A stretch of DNA of 64,000 nucleotides from Candidatus Bathyarchaeota archaeon (GTDB taxonomy: Archaea; Thermoproteota; Bathyarchaeia; 40CM-2-53-6; RBG-13-38-9), in assembly GCA_963807605.1 (NCBI GenBank), contig CAWECG010000003.1:480001-544000 (forward strand). The letters are read 5' to 3'. The notes below the pieces were generated by a model that worked only from the letters and a program-made list of their open reading frames with translations, searched no databases and was not told the origin of the DNA. Shown in pieces: positions 40,045 to 50,518 of the stretch. Both the position numbers and the translations under genes were made by a program. How positions within the stretch are numbered: position 1 is the first letter of the stretch; every line of letters begins with the position of its first letter.

Positions 40045-40482
40045 CTGGCATCAAGTGAAGAGGAACTTAGGAGACTGCTTACCGAGATAAGAATGATGGA
40101 AGGCTCGGCCAACATTGTCCAGACTAGACTTAGAATAGTGTCAGCAGCATTGGACGAGACACTCATCGCGACAAGAGCCCTAGAGGGTGTCAAAGACTAC
40201 CAAAAGGGGACAGAGACGCTAATCCCTATTGGTGCAGGATCCTTCCTCCGGGTCGAGCTGGCAGATATCGATAGAGTGATAACCGGCGTTGGGGCAGGTG
40301 TCTGCATAGAGAAGAGTGTAGACTCCTCAATTCTGTCTCTCAAAGAAAGGGAGGCTGAACTTGATAAGCTAAGTAGCTCATTACAGCAGCAACTTGGACA
40401 GTTATCCACGAGCATTGAGAGTTCAAAGGACAACCTCGCAAGACTAGTCCAACAACAGAACGAGTCGCCAGCTAGAGCTTAG
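40045..40482 (+). CDS. pfdA: Prefoldin alpha subunit (probable CTG start at 40045)
   Basis: ETLIPIGAGSF...VGAGVCIEK; coiled coils. Confidence 0.9.
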   Translation: MASSEEELRRLLTEIRMMEGSANIVQTRLRIVSAALDETLIATRALEGVKDYQKGTETLIPIGAGSFLRVELADIDRVITGVGAGVCIEKSVDSSILSLKEREAELDKLSSSLQQQLGQLSTSIESSKDNLARLVQQQNESPARA

Positions 40483-40521
40483 CCGCGCACACCCAGATTG
40501 AAGAAGAAAGGACGAAAAAAA

Positions 40522-41427
40522 TTGTTTGAACGGCTTAAGACTGGACTAGAGGATTTCATCGATAAAGTCTCAAAGACAGAACTTAATGAGAAGACGATAA
40601 AAAGCCTGCTTGAAGAGTTCAAGATTATACTCATCCAGAATGATGTTGCCTACTCGGTAGCTGAAGAAATCTGCAACGAACTCGGTGATGAAATCAAAAA
40701 GGTCGAAGTCCGCAGATTTGGTGATCACAAGAAGACAGCTCGGACGATTCTCCGAGAGGTCCTTTGCAAGACCTTAGAGAAAGGTGAGAAGAACGATTTC
40801 CTTGATCTAGTGAAGAGAAAACGAGAGATGAAGGAGCCTGCCATAATAGTTTTTGTAGGCATAAATGGAACGGGAAAGACTACAACCATTGCGAAGATAG
40901 CCAACTTCTTGATGAAGAATGGCTTCACAACCGTTTTAGCATGTGCAGATACTTACCGAACCGGATCCATCGAGCAGATCGAAGAACATGGTAGAAGACT
41001 GGGTGTCAAGACAATAAAACACACATACGGAGCTGATGCTGCGGCGGTAGCCTACGACACAGTGAACTATGCTAGGGCTCACAGCACTGATACGGTCTTG
41101 ATCGATACTGCCGGAAGAATGCAGACGAACAAGAATCTACTTGACGAGATGAAGAAGATCATCAGAGTCACTAAACCAGACCTTACTCTCCTCGTTGTCG
41201 ATTCGCTCACTGGAAATGACGCCGCAGAGCAGGGCGCAGTCTTCAGCGGGGCTGTGCCGATTGACGGGATAATACTTACGAAACTCGACGCTGATGCGAA
41301 AGGTGGAAGTGCAATATCTATCTCAAGAATTACAGGAAAGCCCGTCGTATTCATGGGAATCGGGCAAGGATACGGCGACCTCTTGGGCTTCGATCCGAAT
41401 TTCATCATAAACAAGATTTTGGGCTGA
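40522..41427 (+). CDS. ftsY: SRP receptor FtsY
   Basis: GINGTGKTTT, DTYR, DTAGR, TKLDADAKGG and GIGQ. Confidence 0.95.
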   Translation: MFERLKTGLEDFIDKVSKTELNEKTIKSLLEEFKIILIQNDVAYSVAEEICNELGDEIKKVEVRRFGDHKKTARTILREVLCKTLEKGEKNDFLDLVKRKREMKEPAIIVFVGINGTGKTTTIAKIANFLMKNGFTTVLACADTYRTGSIEQIEEHGRRLGVKTIKHTYGADAAAVAYDTVNYARAHSTDTVLIDTAGRMQTNKNLLDEMKKIIRVTKPDLTLLVVDSLTGNDAAEQGAVFSGAVPIDGIILTKLDADAKGGSAISISRITGKPVVFMGIGQGYGDLLGFDPNFIINKILG

Positions 41428-41665
41428 GATTTTTCTCTTAAACCGTTTTCACCCTGATCCTGCTGTCGTGTGGATCTATTTTTACGAACGAGCGTCTCAT
41501 TGACGGGTAGTAGTTTAGGTCTATTTCAGGGGTTACCAGCACGCGAATACGCTGTCACTCCTCCTGAACTGCAACAGAGACAAAATGCACTTGTAGATGC
41601 GCAGGCCACTGTCACGTGATCTGGCTTAAGACGACTTGACTGGCATCTTACCGAGGATTATGGGT

Positions 41666-41788
41666 ATGCGTACTAATCATTTAGTTTATTGCCCAAACTG
41701 TGGTCTAGTCACTCGTGAGGATATTACTACCATCTGCTATACTGCTTCCACCTGCTTCTACTGCGGAACGAGATTAGAAGACGCTTAA
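41666..41788 (+). CDS. Zinc-ribbon microprotein (40 aa; not in the ORF track)
   Basis: MRTNHLVYCPNCGLVTREDITTICYTASTCFYCGTRLEDA; GAGGA upstream. Confidence 0.55.
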   Translation: MRTNHLVYCPNCGLVTREDITTICYTASTCFYCGTRLEDA

Positions 41789-41949
41789 CGAAGTAGCGTG
41801 CTCCATAAGCGTAGAATTGCGGACAAGCAAAAAGTCACCAAATGTCCTTTCAAATCAGATGGAGAAAACGGAATAATTTCGATAGGCGGGCGCAGACGAC
41901 CGGTATTACTTATATTCCAAGTGTGCATCTAGAAGGCAGAGGTTTACGG

Positions 41950-42402
41950 TTGTCAACAGGGAACTCCGAACTTGCCAAGATGAAAGTTGCAGAATTGAGA
42001 GAACTGGCTGAGCATCTTGGTATTGAAGCCCCATCAAAGAAGACCAAGGCCCAATTGGTAAGGGCGATCACGAAGAAACAAAAGGCTCCCGCTCCAGTTG
42101 AACCGCCAAAAGTAAAGGCCAAGCCCGCTGCTCCAATTGAAAAGGTGTACGGGATCTTCGTCAACTATAGGCAAGGCATGTTTAAGCAGAACATACATAG
42201 TCTTCTGTTAAGAATCCCAGGAATAGCTGATGCTGGCTCCGCCTCAAAGTATATTGGGCGAAAGGTCGTCTGGAACTCTCAAACTGGAAAAAGAATTGTT
42301 GGCAAGGTCGTCTCGATCCACGGTCGAGGCGGCATTCTTCTGAGCCGTTTCAGAAATAGTCTACCTGGACAGGCTATTGGAACTAGAGTAGAAATAGTCT
42401 GA
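41950..42402 (+). CDS. rpl35ae: 50S ribosomal protein L35Ae (eL33) with N-terminal Rho_N-like helical domain
   Basis: C-part GIFVNYRQG...YIGRKVVW...HGRGG...F..SLPGQAIG; N-part LAKMKVAELRELAEHLGI...TKAQLVRAI. Confidence 0.88.
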   Translation: MSTGNSELAKMKVAELRELAEHLGIEAPSKKTKAQLVRAITKKQKAPAPVEPPKVKAKPAAPIEKVYGIFVNYRQGMFKQNIHSLLLRIPGIADAGSASKYIGRKVVWNSQTGKRIVGKVVSIHGRGGILLSRFRNSLPGQAIGTRVEIV

Positions 42403-42403
42403 C

Positions 42404-43123
42404 ATGCGCTCCTGGACTCGGAAACGCCTGGACAGAGAACAATTAAACTTCAATGCCATGCCCTCCAAAACAGATCCAAAACGTGGCGTGAAAAGTGGAA
42501 TCTCCCTAAGAAGAGGGGAGATTTACGAGATAATACTTTCCACATACAACAAAGATAAACGTCCAAATGCTGCTCCCATGGGCATAAAGTTCGTCGGAAA
42601 CAATACGATCAGTATACAATTTTACAAAGGATCGCAGACACTCGATAATGTTCTGACAAGACGTTGTGCTGTTGCCAACTTAACCCATAACCCCCTCCTA
42701 TTCTACATGACGGCCTTCAAGAGAAAGGATTCTCTCCCGTCCAAACTCTTCTCGAAGGCGAAATCAGTCGACGCCCCATCTTTGAAACGTGCAGACGGGA
42801 ATATCGAGATGAGACTCACCCGAAGCATCTCGCGAAGAGATAGGGTATTAGTGCAATTCAAAATCGTGCAAATTAGCCGAGGGCATGCGCCCTCGCTCCT
42901 CTACAGTAGAGGGGTTCCAGCTTTGATTGAGTCTACCATTCACGCTACCAGAATACGTCAATATCTGGCTGAAGGTAAGAAAGGGAAGGCTGCCAAGCTA
43001 ATCCAACTCGTAAATCATTATAAAGATGTGATCGAAAGAGTCTGCCCAGACTCGAATTATGTTAGAGCCATCAGGGAACTCCAGTCAGAGATCGATGAAT
43101 GGAAGAGCCGGAGCATACGTTAA
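42404..43123 (+). CDS. DUF447 family protein
   Basis: EIILST...PNAAPMG...GSQTLDN...LIESTIHATR. Confidence 0.85.
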   Translation: MRSWTRKRLDREQLNFNAMPSKTDPKRGVKSGISLRRGEIYEIILSTYNKDKRPNAAPMGIKFVGNNTISIQFYKGSQTLDNVLTRRCAVANLTHNPLLFYMTAFKRKDSLPSKLFSKAKSVDAPSLKRADGNIEMRLTRSISRRDRVLVQFKIVQISRGHAPSLLYSRGVPALIESTIHATRIRQYLAEGKKGKAAKLIQLVNHYKDVIERVCPDSNYVRAIRELQSEIDEWKSRSIR

Positions 43124-44087
43124 GACACCCTCTAGACTGCACTTCTGTCTTATCGACATGAACGGTGAACTTGGTCGAATAGACGGCAGTCTCGGAGTCG
43201 CAATAGACAAGCCGAACGTCGAACTGACCGCATGGCTGAGCGAAGAGATCAAAGTATCCGGAAAAGACGCAGGAAAAGTTGAATCGATGGCCAGACACTT
43301 CCTCTCGAAGACAAACTCAAAACAGAAGATATCAATCAGAGTTGAAAAGGAGATACCTGCCCATGTTGGGCTTGGATCAGAGACACAGCTCAGTCTAGCT
43401 GTCGCAGCCTCTATCAAGAAGCTCCTTAATCTGCAGCTTTCCAGTCAAGAGCTCGCGCAAATAATGGGAAGAGGAGGCACTTCAGGAATCGGTGTAGAGG
43501 CTTTCAACCGAGGAGGCTTGATTCTTGACGGAGGCCACAGCTTCGGAAAGAGGAAGGAGAAGCAATTCTTCCTGCCGTCAAATGCTTCGAAAGCTTCTCC
43601 AGCACCGGTTCTGGCCAGGTACGACTTCCCCGAAGACTGGGCATTTGTTATAGCCACCCCTGCAGTTGACAAAGGTGCACACGGCGAAAGAGAATGTGAG
43701 ATCTTCAAAGAGTATTGTCCAATTCCTAGAAACGAGGTGGACATGATCACCAGGATCATATTGATGAAACTGCTCCCTTCACTCCTTGAACATGACATAG
43801 AGACATTTGGGTCAGGCCTCACGCAACTTCAGAATCTAGGTTTTGCCAAGGCTACGAAGAATCTAATGCACCCAACAACATCAAAATGCATCAAAGCATT
43901 GTTGCAAGGAGGCGCGTATGGTGCAGGGCAGAGCTCCTTCGGACCTATTGCCTATGGACTTGTCAAACAGGATCAAAAGAAAGAGAGCCTCGCGCAGACT
44001 CTAGCAGAGTTGCTCGAGAAGACAGGGGGAGGAGAAGTATTCTTCGCCGGACCTAACAATCTTGGAGCCGAAATAACGTACTCTTAG
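43095..44087 (+). CDS. mptG: Beta-ribofuranosylaminobenzene 5'-phosphate (RFA-P) synthase
   Basis: TPSRLHF, HVGLGSETQ, GRGGTSGIG and GQSSFGP. Confidence 0.9.
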   Translation: MNGRAGAYVKTPSRLHFCLIDMNGELGRIDGSLGVAIDKPNVELTAWLSEEIKVSGKDAGKVESMARHFLSKTNSKQKISIRVEKEIPAHVGLGSETQLSLAVAASIKKLLNLQLSSQELAQIMGRGGTSGIGVEAFNRGGLILDGGHSFGKRKEKQFFLPSNASKASPAPVLARYDFPEDWAFVIATPAVDKGAHGERECEIFKEYCPIPRNEVDMITRIILMKLLPSLLEHDIETFGSGLTQLQNLGFAKATKNLMHPTTSKCIKALLQGGAYGAGQSSFGPIAYGLVKQDQKKESLAQTLAELLEKTGGGEVFFAGPNNLGAEITYS

Positions 44088-44147
44088 AAAGACTTTTCGT
44101 GGTAAGCGTTTCAACTAGTTCGTAGCCGAACAGCGGAGATAGAAGTT

Positions 44148-45722
44148 TTGAGAACACTCATTGTCACGGGTCTACTTGCAAAGGACCTTGTAGTCAGGAG
44201 TCTGGCTGAAAACAGTTCCAGTTTTCAAATCTGTGCGCTTCCTGTCCCCGTCGCATCCTTGATGTCACCTGAATACATAACAAAGATGCTTGAAACGAGA
44301 GATCTCTCAAAGATTGATCTTATACTGATCCCAGGCCTGATTAAGGGAGACGCATCAAAGATCGAAGAGAGAACTCACATAAAGACCTGGAAGGGGCCTA
44401 GGAATGCAGCCGACCTGCCAAATGTCCTTGAAGTGATAGATAAGGTCAGATTCTCAACGACGTTGCCTGCAGACGAATTAGTGAGAGTGGCAAGTTCCAA
44501 GCGCGCAGAAAGGGCGCTCGCGGCAATCGAAAGGAAAGCAATACGCGCGGCATCCAGAAAGAGCCTAATTTCTGTTGGAGCTGGGAAACGAAGGATCTTT
44601 GTTGGTACATCCCTGCCCATGCGAGTCCTCGCTGAGATTGTGGATGCTTCAAGTCAGCCTACAGATGAGATTGAGAGAATAGCACTGCGCTTCGAGGCCT
44701 ATGGGGCTGATATCATAGATGTTGGGATGGTTGCCGGAGGTGGACACCCAGATGATTCGGCGAGAGCGGTGAAGGCTGTAAAGAAAAGAACCCAGAAAGC
44801 TGTGAGCATCGATGCAAGTGATCCAAAAGAGATCATGGCCGCGGTAAAGGCGGGAGCCGACCTCATACTCAGCATTAACGCTGAAAACATGGAGGAGGTA
44901 GGAAGATTCGGAGTCCACATTCCGGTCGTTGTGACCTCCGCGGGAAAGAACCACCGAGTCCCGGAGGATGTGGAGGATAGGCTCAAGCAGCTCAGCGTTA
45001 ACGTGAAACGAGCACGATCGTTGGGATTTAGGAAGATAATCGCCGACCCCGTTCTTAATCCGCTGTTGACGCCCAGCTTGTCAAAGTCTATCTTCACCTA
45101 TATGAAATACAGAAAGACGAATCCTAGTACGCCGATGCTTTTTGGCGCTGGAAATGTCACCGAATTGATTGATGCTGACTCAATTGGTGCGAACCTCCTC
45201 TTGGCAGGGCTTGCATCCGAGATCGGTGCGAACATTATTCTTACGACTGAGGCCAGCGCCAAGACTTGGGGTTCTACGATGGAGGCTGTTATAGCAGCGA
45301 GAATGATCGCCTTGGCGAAGGCCAGAAGGACAGCGCCGGAAGATCTTGGAATCGATCTTCTCAGAATGAAAGAGAAACGCTGGAGAGAGGAATCCTTCAG
45401 GATCTATAATGACGCTCGTCGATTATCAGCGAAGAACCGACCCGAGTTTATTCACGACCCTAAGGGATCCTTCAGGGTATCTGTAGATCGTCTAAAGAAG
45501 CAACTAGTCCTCATACACCACAGCTATGGTCAGATCAAGCCTGATCTAGTCATAGAGGGAAGCAGCCCAGAGAGACTAATTGAGGCCGCTATAAGCAATG
45601 GAATAATCTCCCATTTGGAGCATGCATTCTATCTTGGGAGAGAGCTTGAGAAAGCCAAGATCGCGCTGGAAACTGGAAAAAGTTACGTCCAAGATATGCC
45701 GCTTCTCTTTGGAGAAGAGTGA
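44148..45722 (+). CDS. Dihydropteroate synthase-like protein (methanopterin pathway) with C-terminal DUF4346-like domain
   Basis: IVTGLLA, GADIIDVG, IIADPVL, GNVTELIDADSIG and HAFYLGRELEKA. Confidence 0.88.
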   Translation: MRTLIVTGLLAKDLVVRSLAENSSSFQICALPVPVASLMSPEYITKMLETRDLSKIDLILIPGLIKGDASKIEERTHIKTWKGPRNAADLPNVLEVIDKVRFSTTLPADELVRVASSKRAERALAAIERKAIRAASRKSLISVGAGKRRIFVGTSLPMRVLAEIVDASSQPTDEIERIALRFEAYGADIIDVGMVAGGGHPDDSARAVKAVKKRTQKAVSIDASDPKEIMAAVKAGADLILSINAENMEEVGRFGVHIPVVVTSAGKNHRVPEDVEDRLKQLSVNVKRARSLGFRKIIADPVLNPLLTPSLSKSIFTYMKYRKTNPSTPMLFGAGNVTELIDADSIGANLLLAGLASEIGANIILTTEASAKTWGSTMEAVIAARMIALAKARRTAPEDLGIDLLRMKEKRWREESFRIYNDARRLSAKNRPEFIHDPKGSFRVSVDRLKKQLVLIHHSYGQIKPDLVIEGSSPERLIEAAISNGIISHLEHAFYLGRELEKAKIALETGKSYVQDMPLLFGEE

Positions 45723-45748
45723 ACGATAATGCATCCGAGTAGCTTAAG

Positions 45749-46549
45749 TTGTTGAGGAATGCTATCAAGGGAAACACCATGCGAGCTAGACTGAGAATGA
45801 GCTCAATACGTCATCCTAGGACAAAGAGCGTAGTGCTTATTGCGACGCTGGCGGCTGTCTATGCGATCCTCAGGATCATTCCGACTTTCCCTTTCGTGGG
45901 GATCCCCGGTGCCCGGTTCTCAGCCGCAGATTTTATCGCCACGCTCTATGGGGTCATATTGGGACCCTACTCAAGTGCAGTCTCCATCATACTTGGAACC
46001 TTCGTAGGGTACTTTGCTGGTCGTCCGCCGATATTCTACGGGCTAGACTTCCTCCCTGCCATGGTCAACGGTTTCATCGTTGGACTCATCATTCGCGGCA
46101 AGAGAGGGTACGCGTTGCTGGTATATCTTGTTCTTCTAATCTTATTCGTAGCACATCCTTATGGTCCAATGCTTTACCAGGTTAACGGGAACTCCCGATA
46201 TAGTCTGGGTCTGGGTCTTTCTTTTGTGTGGTTGCATATCTTCGGCCTCATCATTTTGGCATCCCCTGTAGGCTCGCGTTTGGGAGGGTTCATCGCAAAG
46301 GGCTCGGTGACTCTTGCCACGGTTGGTTTCATGTTGATGTCTTTCATAGGGACTTTGGCGCAACATTTGACTGGAAACCTATTGTATGCCTCTATGATTC
46401 TCCCCCTTCTTTCAACACAGGCGCAGGTGACAAGCTGGAGCATAGTATTCTGGCTTTATCCGATAGAGCGTGTCATGATTGTGGTTCTATCCACAGTAAT
46501 TGGTGTGCCGATTCTTCGGACATTAGTCTCCACAGTCCGGACCATTTAG
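45749..46549 (+). CDS. ECF transporter S-component-like membrane protein
   Basis: About 7 TM segments; LYGVILGPY and YPIER motifs. Confidence 0.7.
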   Translation: MLRNAIKGNTMRARLRMSSIRHPRTKSVVLIATLAAVYAILRIIPTFPFVGIPGARFSAADFIATLYGVILGPYSSAVSIILGTFVGYFAGRPPIFYGLDFLPAMVNGFIVGLIIRGKRGYALLVYLVLLILFVAHPYGPMLYQVNGNSRYSLGLGLSFVWLHIFGLIILASPVGSRLGGFIAKGSVTLATVGFMLMSFIGTLAQHLTGNLLYASMILPLLSTQAQVTSWSIVFWLYPIERVMIVVLSTVIGVPILRTLVSTVRTI

Positions 46550-46666
46550 AAGAAAGGATGAGATGAAGTTAACTAAGGGAACAATGCAGATCACTAAAGT
46601 TATGATTTGATGCTGAATCAGCCATTAACTTGAGCACCAAAACAGTGTACACTGGCGACTAGCACT

Positions 46667-47290
46667 TTGATTCTAGAGACTTTGGGTCTGCTCTCGCTAG
46701 GCTTCCTAGTGGGGCTCAGCGGCGCAGCTATCCCAGGGCCGCTGCTGGCCTTCACAGTATACGACTCCACTCAGAAGGGTAAGATCACAGGTCACTTGGT
46801 GATCTTCGGTCACGTTGCATGGGAGTTCGTCGTCATTCTGATAATTCTGTTTGGGTTCGGCTGGATCATTCTTCGAGGCCAGGTTCTGGTATACGGTTTG
46901 GGGGGGCCTGTTCTGATCCTGATGGGCTTGGGAATGCTTAGAAGTAGGCTGAGCAAGGTAGAGTGGACAAGGTCAAGAACCGACTCCTCAATCTTGGGAG
47001 GCATCTTCTATACAGCGTTCAACCCGACGCAGCCCCTCTGGTGGGCGACCGCTGGATTAGCGCTACTTCTAAAGGGCCTTGAGATTATGGGCCTTCTAGG
47101 AGTAGTTTTTGTTACGATTGGTCATTGGCTCTCAGATCTTGTCTATTACACATTCATCTCAGCCATGGTACATAGACAAAGAGACTCCATACTCCCACAT
47201 CAGCAGGGCATCTCGAGACTCCTAGGCGTGTTCCTGATTGCTCTCGGAATCTACTTCCTCACAGACGCCTTGGCAAGAGTGTTAACGTAG
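46667..47290 (+). CDS. LysE family translocator
   Basis: LSGAAIPGPL and FNP..PLWW. Confidence 0.88.
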   Translation: MILETLGLLSLGFLVGLSGAAIPGPLLAFTVYDSTQKGKITGHLVIFGHVAWEFVVILIILFGFGWIILRGQVLVYGLGGPVLILMGLGMLRSRLSKVEWTRSRTDSSILGGIFYTAFNPTQPLWWATAGLALLLKGLEIMGLLGVVFVTIGHWLSDLVYYTFISAMVHRQRDSILPHQQGISRLLGVFLIALGIYFLTDALARVLT

Positions 47291-47435
47291 GATCATGATC
47301 TGTGTCACTGGCGATTGCGGAGACTCTCCAGACTCTGGTTTCGTTTGTTTCAAGCATGAGAGAAACTCTACAGAATGAACTGCTTCTTATGGTCTGAGGC
47401 GGTTCTTGAAAAAAGAAGGGGAAATGGAAGAAAGA

Positions 47436-48641
47436 CTAGGATTTCTCCATATCCTTCTTCATTCTCAGGTAGTCTTCTCTTGTTATCTCGCCTTTGGTGT
47501 ATCTGAGGTTTAGACTGTCCATTGTGGCGCTCTTCTCTTCTTTCTTAGGTTGCAAAGCGATCTTTCTGGCTGCCACAGCGGCTACGAAGATCAGCAGTAT
47601 GATGATTATCAAGATGGCGGCTAGGATGAGGTAGGCTGTGGTGTAGTCCGGCTTCCACATCGCTGTGACGGTCATAGGGTTGTCCATGGTAACTTTTGCT
47701 GTTGGACTGTTAGGGGATCCGGTTACTCCACTCCAGCTGTTAAAGACATATTTTGCACCGAGGGAGCCCCAGAATCCTGTCATAGGCACTTCTGGAAGTA
47801 CGGAGACTGTGGCCTGGTCGCCTTGGTTGTACCATCCTGAGCCCTGGGGGCTACCTAGGTCAGATTTCACGTCCAGATAGTATTGAGTTTGGTAGTTTGC
47901 TGTGGCTGTGTGAGGAATACTCATTGTTAAGGTGATTGAGCTTGAGCTCATCTCTGTACCGTCGACGTTCCAGGACTTGAAGACGTCCCTCTCCACGTCT
48001 GACTTGTCAACCCTGTCTGGGGTGCTTAATGTTACAACTGAATCATTAGGCTTCCAGCCTGACTGGCCAATGGACTGACCTTGAGGATTGTTCACGGTCA
48101 GCATGTACTCTGAAAGGTAGGAGAATGTGTGAGAAGCCTGCATTTGATTCATGTAAGATGATGAGGGGTAATAGTACGGATAGTAGTAGTAGTTGTACGG
48201 ATAGTAGTAGAGACTGGGATAGTAGTAGGAGTAATAAGACGAGGGATAGGTGCTTGTGTATTTCTGCAGTGTCCATGAGGCATTGCTGCAGGAATACCTT
48301 ACTCCGCTCGCTCCCGAAACGTAATTGTCAACTTGGAAGGTATGGGAGTCGGTGCTGTTTACCTGGAATTGTTTTGACGCACCTCCCGCTACTGCCCCTT
48401 GGGCCTTTCCGTCGATCATGACATTTGTAGAGTAGTTGGACGGCATTCCAGATACTGATATTGTGGCGGTGTATTTGCCATAGCTCCCGTATGATGAATA
48501 GGGGATATAGTACGGAATGTAGTAGTCGTTGTACATCTGGGCTTTTGTCTCTTTGATTGAGCTGAATTGTAGGATGTTCGATAAGGGGATAGCACATAGA
48601 CTGAGAATGATTAAGGCTGTTAAGAATCTCAACGAATTCAC
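47436..48641 (-). CDS. Secreted/membrane-anchored protein with Tyr-rich tracts and C-terminal SHOCT domain
   Basis: Signal peptide, beta-rich repeats (GSGWY, F..W), TM helix and LRYTKGEITREDY. Confidence 0.85.
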   Translation of the reverse strand: MNSLRFLTALIILSLCAIPLSNILQFSSIKETKAQMYNDYYIPYYIPYSSYGSYGKYTATISVSGMPSNYSTNVMIDGKAQGAVAGGASKQFQVNSTDSHTFQVDNYVSGASGVRYSCSNASWTLQKYTSTYPSSYYSYYYPSLYYYPYNYYYYPYYYPSSSYMNQMQASHTFSYLSEYMLTVNNPQGQSIGQSGWKPNDSVVTLSTPDRVDKSDVERDVFKSWNVDGTEMSSSSITLTMSIPHTATANYQTQYYLDVKSDLGSPQGSGWYNQGDQATVSVLPEVPMTGFWGSLGAKYVFNSWSGVTGSPNSPTAKVTMDNPMTVTAMWKPDYTTAYLILAAILIIIILLIFVAAVAARKIALQPKKEEKSATMDSLNLRYTKGEITREDYLRMKKDMEKS

Positions 48642-48774
48642 TAAGGATAAAAATCCGTTTGGAATAATTTAAACATGATCGCAATTGGAAGGCGTCTTTC
48701 TAGAATATTTGAGTTTCTTCTAGAAAGCTTGTGCGTGCCAAGTGAGAATAGTTAGTTAAGTTCGAATTTTGAAT

Positions 48775-48833
48775 TCAAGAAAGAAAAAAATGGAAAAAAG
48801 GGTTGGGTGCTGCATCAAACCAGTTGATGCAGC
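48775..48833 (-). terminator. Thermosome operon terminator (hairpin plus T-tracts)
   Basis: GCTGCATCAA-N5-TTGATGCAGC (48809-48833), followed on the minus strand by T6 and T7 runs. Confidence 0.6.
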
Positions 48834-48846
48834 CAGGTTCTTGGTT

Positions 48847-50505
48847 CTAGTCGAATTCTGAGGAGCCTTCTTCTCCACCCGGCATCTTCGGAGGCCCTGC
48901 TGGCTCTTTCGGTTTGCCTGCAGCTATTACGTCATCTATCCTCAGTATCATCGTCGCTGCTTCACTCGCGGACATGACGACTTGCCTCTTGACTGCGAGG
49001 GGTTCGTAGACGTTGATCTTTGTCATATCCTTGGCCTTGCCATCATAGACATCGACGCCTGCCCATTTCTCTCCCTTCTCATGTCTTGATCTTAGGTCGA
49101 CGAGGATGTCTATCGGGTCGAGTCCAGCGTTCTCAGCCAGTGTCATCGGTATCGTTTCTAATGCTTCTGCGTAGCATATGGCTGCGAGCTGCTCTTTTCC
49201 TGTGAGCTTCTCCGCCCACCTCTTGAGTTGGGCTGCAGCCTCTAGTTCAGGTGCGCCTCCTCCGGCGACTATCCGCGGGTCGCGAACTACATCTCTGACT
49301 ACGCAGAGGGCGTCGTGGATCGAGCGTTCAGCCTCGTTTACGATTCGTTCTGTTCCTCCTCTTACGAGAATCGATACGGCTTTGGGGTTCTTGCATCCTT
49401 CTATGAAGGTCATCTTGTCGTCCGCAATCTTTCTCTCCTCGAAGAGTTCTGCGGTGCCGAGGTTCTCAGGTTTGAGATCATCCATGTTTATGACCATCTT
49501 TGCTCCTGTTGCCTTCGCCAGCTTCTCCATGTCCTTCTCGCTGACTCTTCTTACCGCGGCTATCCCTTCTCTGGCGAGGAAGTGCTGGGCGACGTCGTCT
49601 ATTCCTTTCTGGCAGAGGAGTACGTTTGCTCCTGAGGCCTTTACCTTCTGAACCATGTCTTTGAGCATCTTCTCCTCTTCGTCCAGAAAGGCCTTCATCT
49701 GTTCTGGTCTCTGGATGTTGATCTTTGCGTCGAATTCAGTCTTCTCAACCTCTATCGCCGCGTTGAGTAATGCTATCTTGGGGTTCTTTACGCTCTTGGG
49801 CATTCCGAGGTGAATGACTTCCTTGTCGATGACTACTCCTTTGATGAGTTGAGTGTCTGTGACTGAGCCTCCAGCCTTCTTCTCGACCTTTATGTCCTCG
49901 ATGTCCACCTTCCAGCCTTGAGGGCTCTGCTCAGCGACTTGGAGGACAGCGTCTACTGCAATGTCTGCTACGAAGTCAGCGTTCTCTGAGAGGAGTTTGC
50001 TGGCTTGGGAGGTTACTGCTACATCTTTGAGGGCTTTTCGATCGTTTGGGTCGACTTTGATCGCCATCTGATCGAGGATCTGTAGGGCTTTCTCGGTTGC
50101 CTGCCTGTAACCGTCAACGATGATTGTTGGGTGAACGTCTCTGTCTATTAACTCCTCGGCCTTTGAGAGCAGCTCGGATGATAAAACGACGGCTGTTGTC
50201 GTGCCGTCCCCAACTTCCTGGTCTTGAGCCTTTGCGACTTCGACCATCATCTTTGCTGCTGGGTTCTGGACGTCCATCTCTTTGAGTATTGTCGCTCCGT
50301 CATTTGTTATTGTAACATCTCCGAAGCTTGCTATGAGCATCTTGTCCATTCCTTTGGGTCCGAGTGAGGAGCGGACGCATTCTGCAACTACTTTTGCGGC
50401 AGCGATGTTGGATCTCACCGCTTCCCTGCCGGTGCTTCTGCTTGAGCCTTCTCTAAGAATCAGAACTGGTTGACCGCCAATCTTTGCTTGTATAGCTTCA
50501 GCCAT
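48847..50505 (-). CDS. thsB: Thermosome (group II chaperonin) subunit; alpha/beta assignment tentative
   Basis: [18 protein letters not shown] and GDGTTT. Confidence 0.93.
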   Translation of the reverse strand: MAEAIQAKIGGQPVLILREGSSRSTGREAVRSNIAAAKVVAECVRSSLGPKGMDKMLIASFGDVTITNDGATILKEMDVQNPAAKMMVEVAKAQDQEVGDGTTTAVVLSSELLSKAEELIDRDVHPTIIVDGYRQATEKALQILDQMAIKVDPNDRKALKDVAVTSQASKLLSENADFVADIAVDAVLQVAEQSPQGWKVDIEDIKVEKKAGGSVTDTQLIKGVVIDKEVIHLGMPKSVKNPKIALLNAAIEVEKTEFDAKINIQRPEQMKAFLDEEEKMLKDMVQKVKASGANVLLCQKGIDDVAQHFLAREGIAAVRRVSEKDMEKLAKATGAKMVINMDDLKPENLGTAELFEERKIADDKMTFIEGCKNPKAVSILVRGGTERIVNEAERSIHDALCVVRDVVRDPRIVAGGGAPELEAAAQLKRWAEKLTGKEQLAAICYAEALETIPMTLAENAGLDPIDILVDLRSRHEKGEKWAGVDVYDGKAKDMTKINVYEPLAVKRQVVMSASEAATMILRIDDVIAAGKPKEPAGPPKMPGGEEGSSEFD

Positions 50506-50518
50506 TTTTCATTACCTC

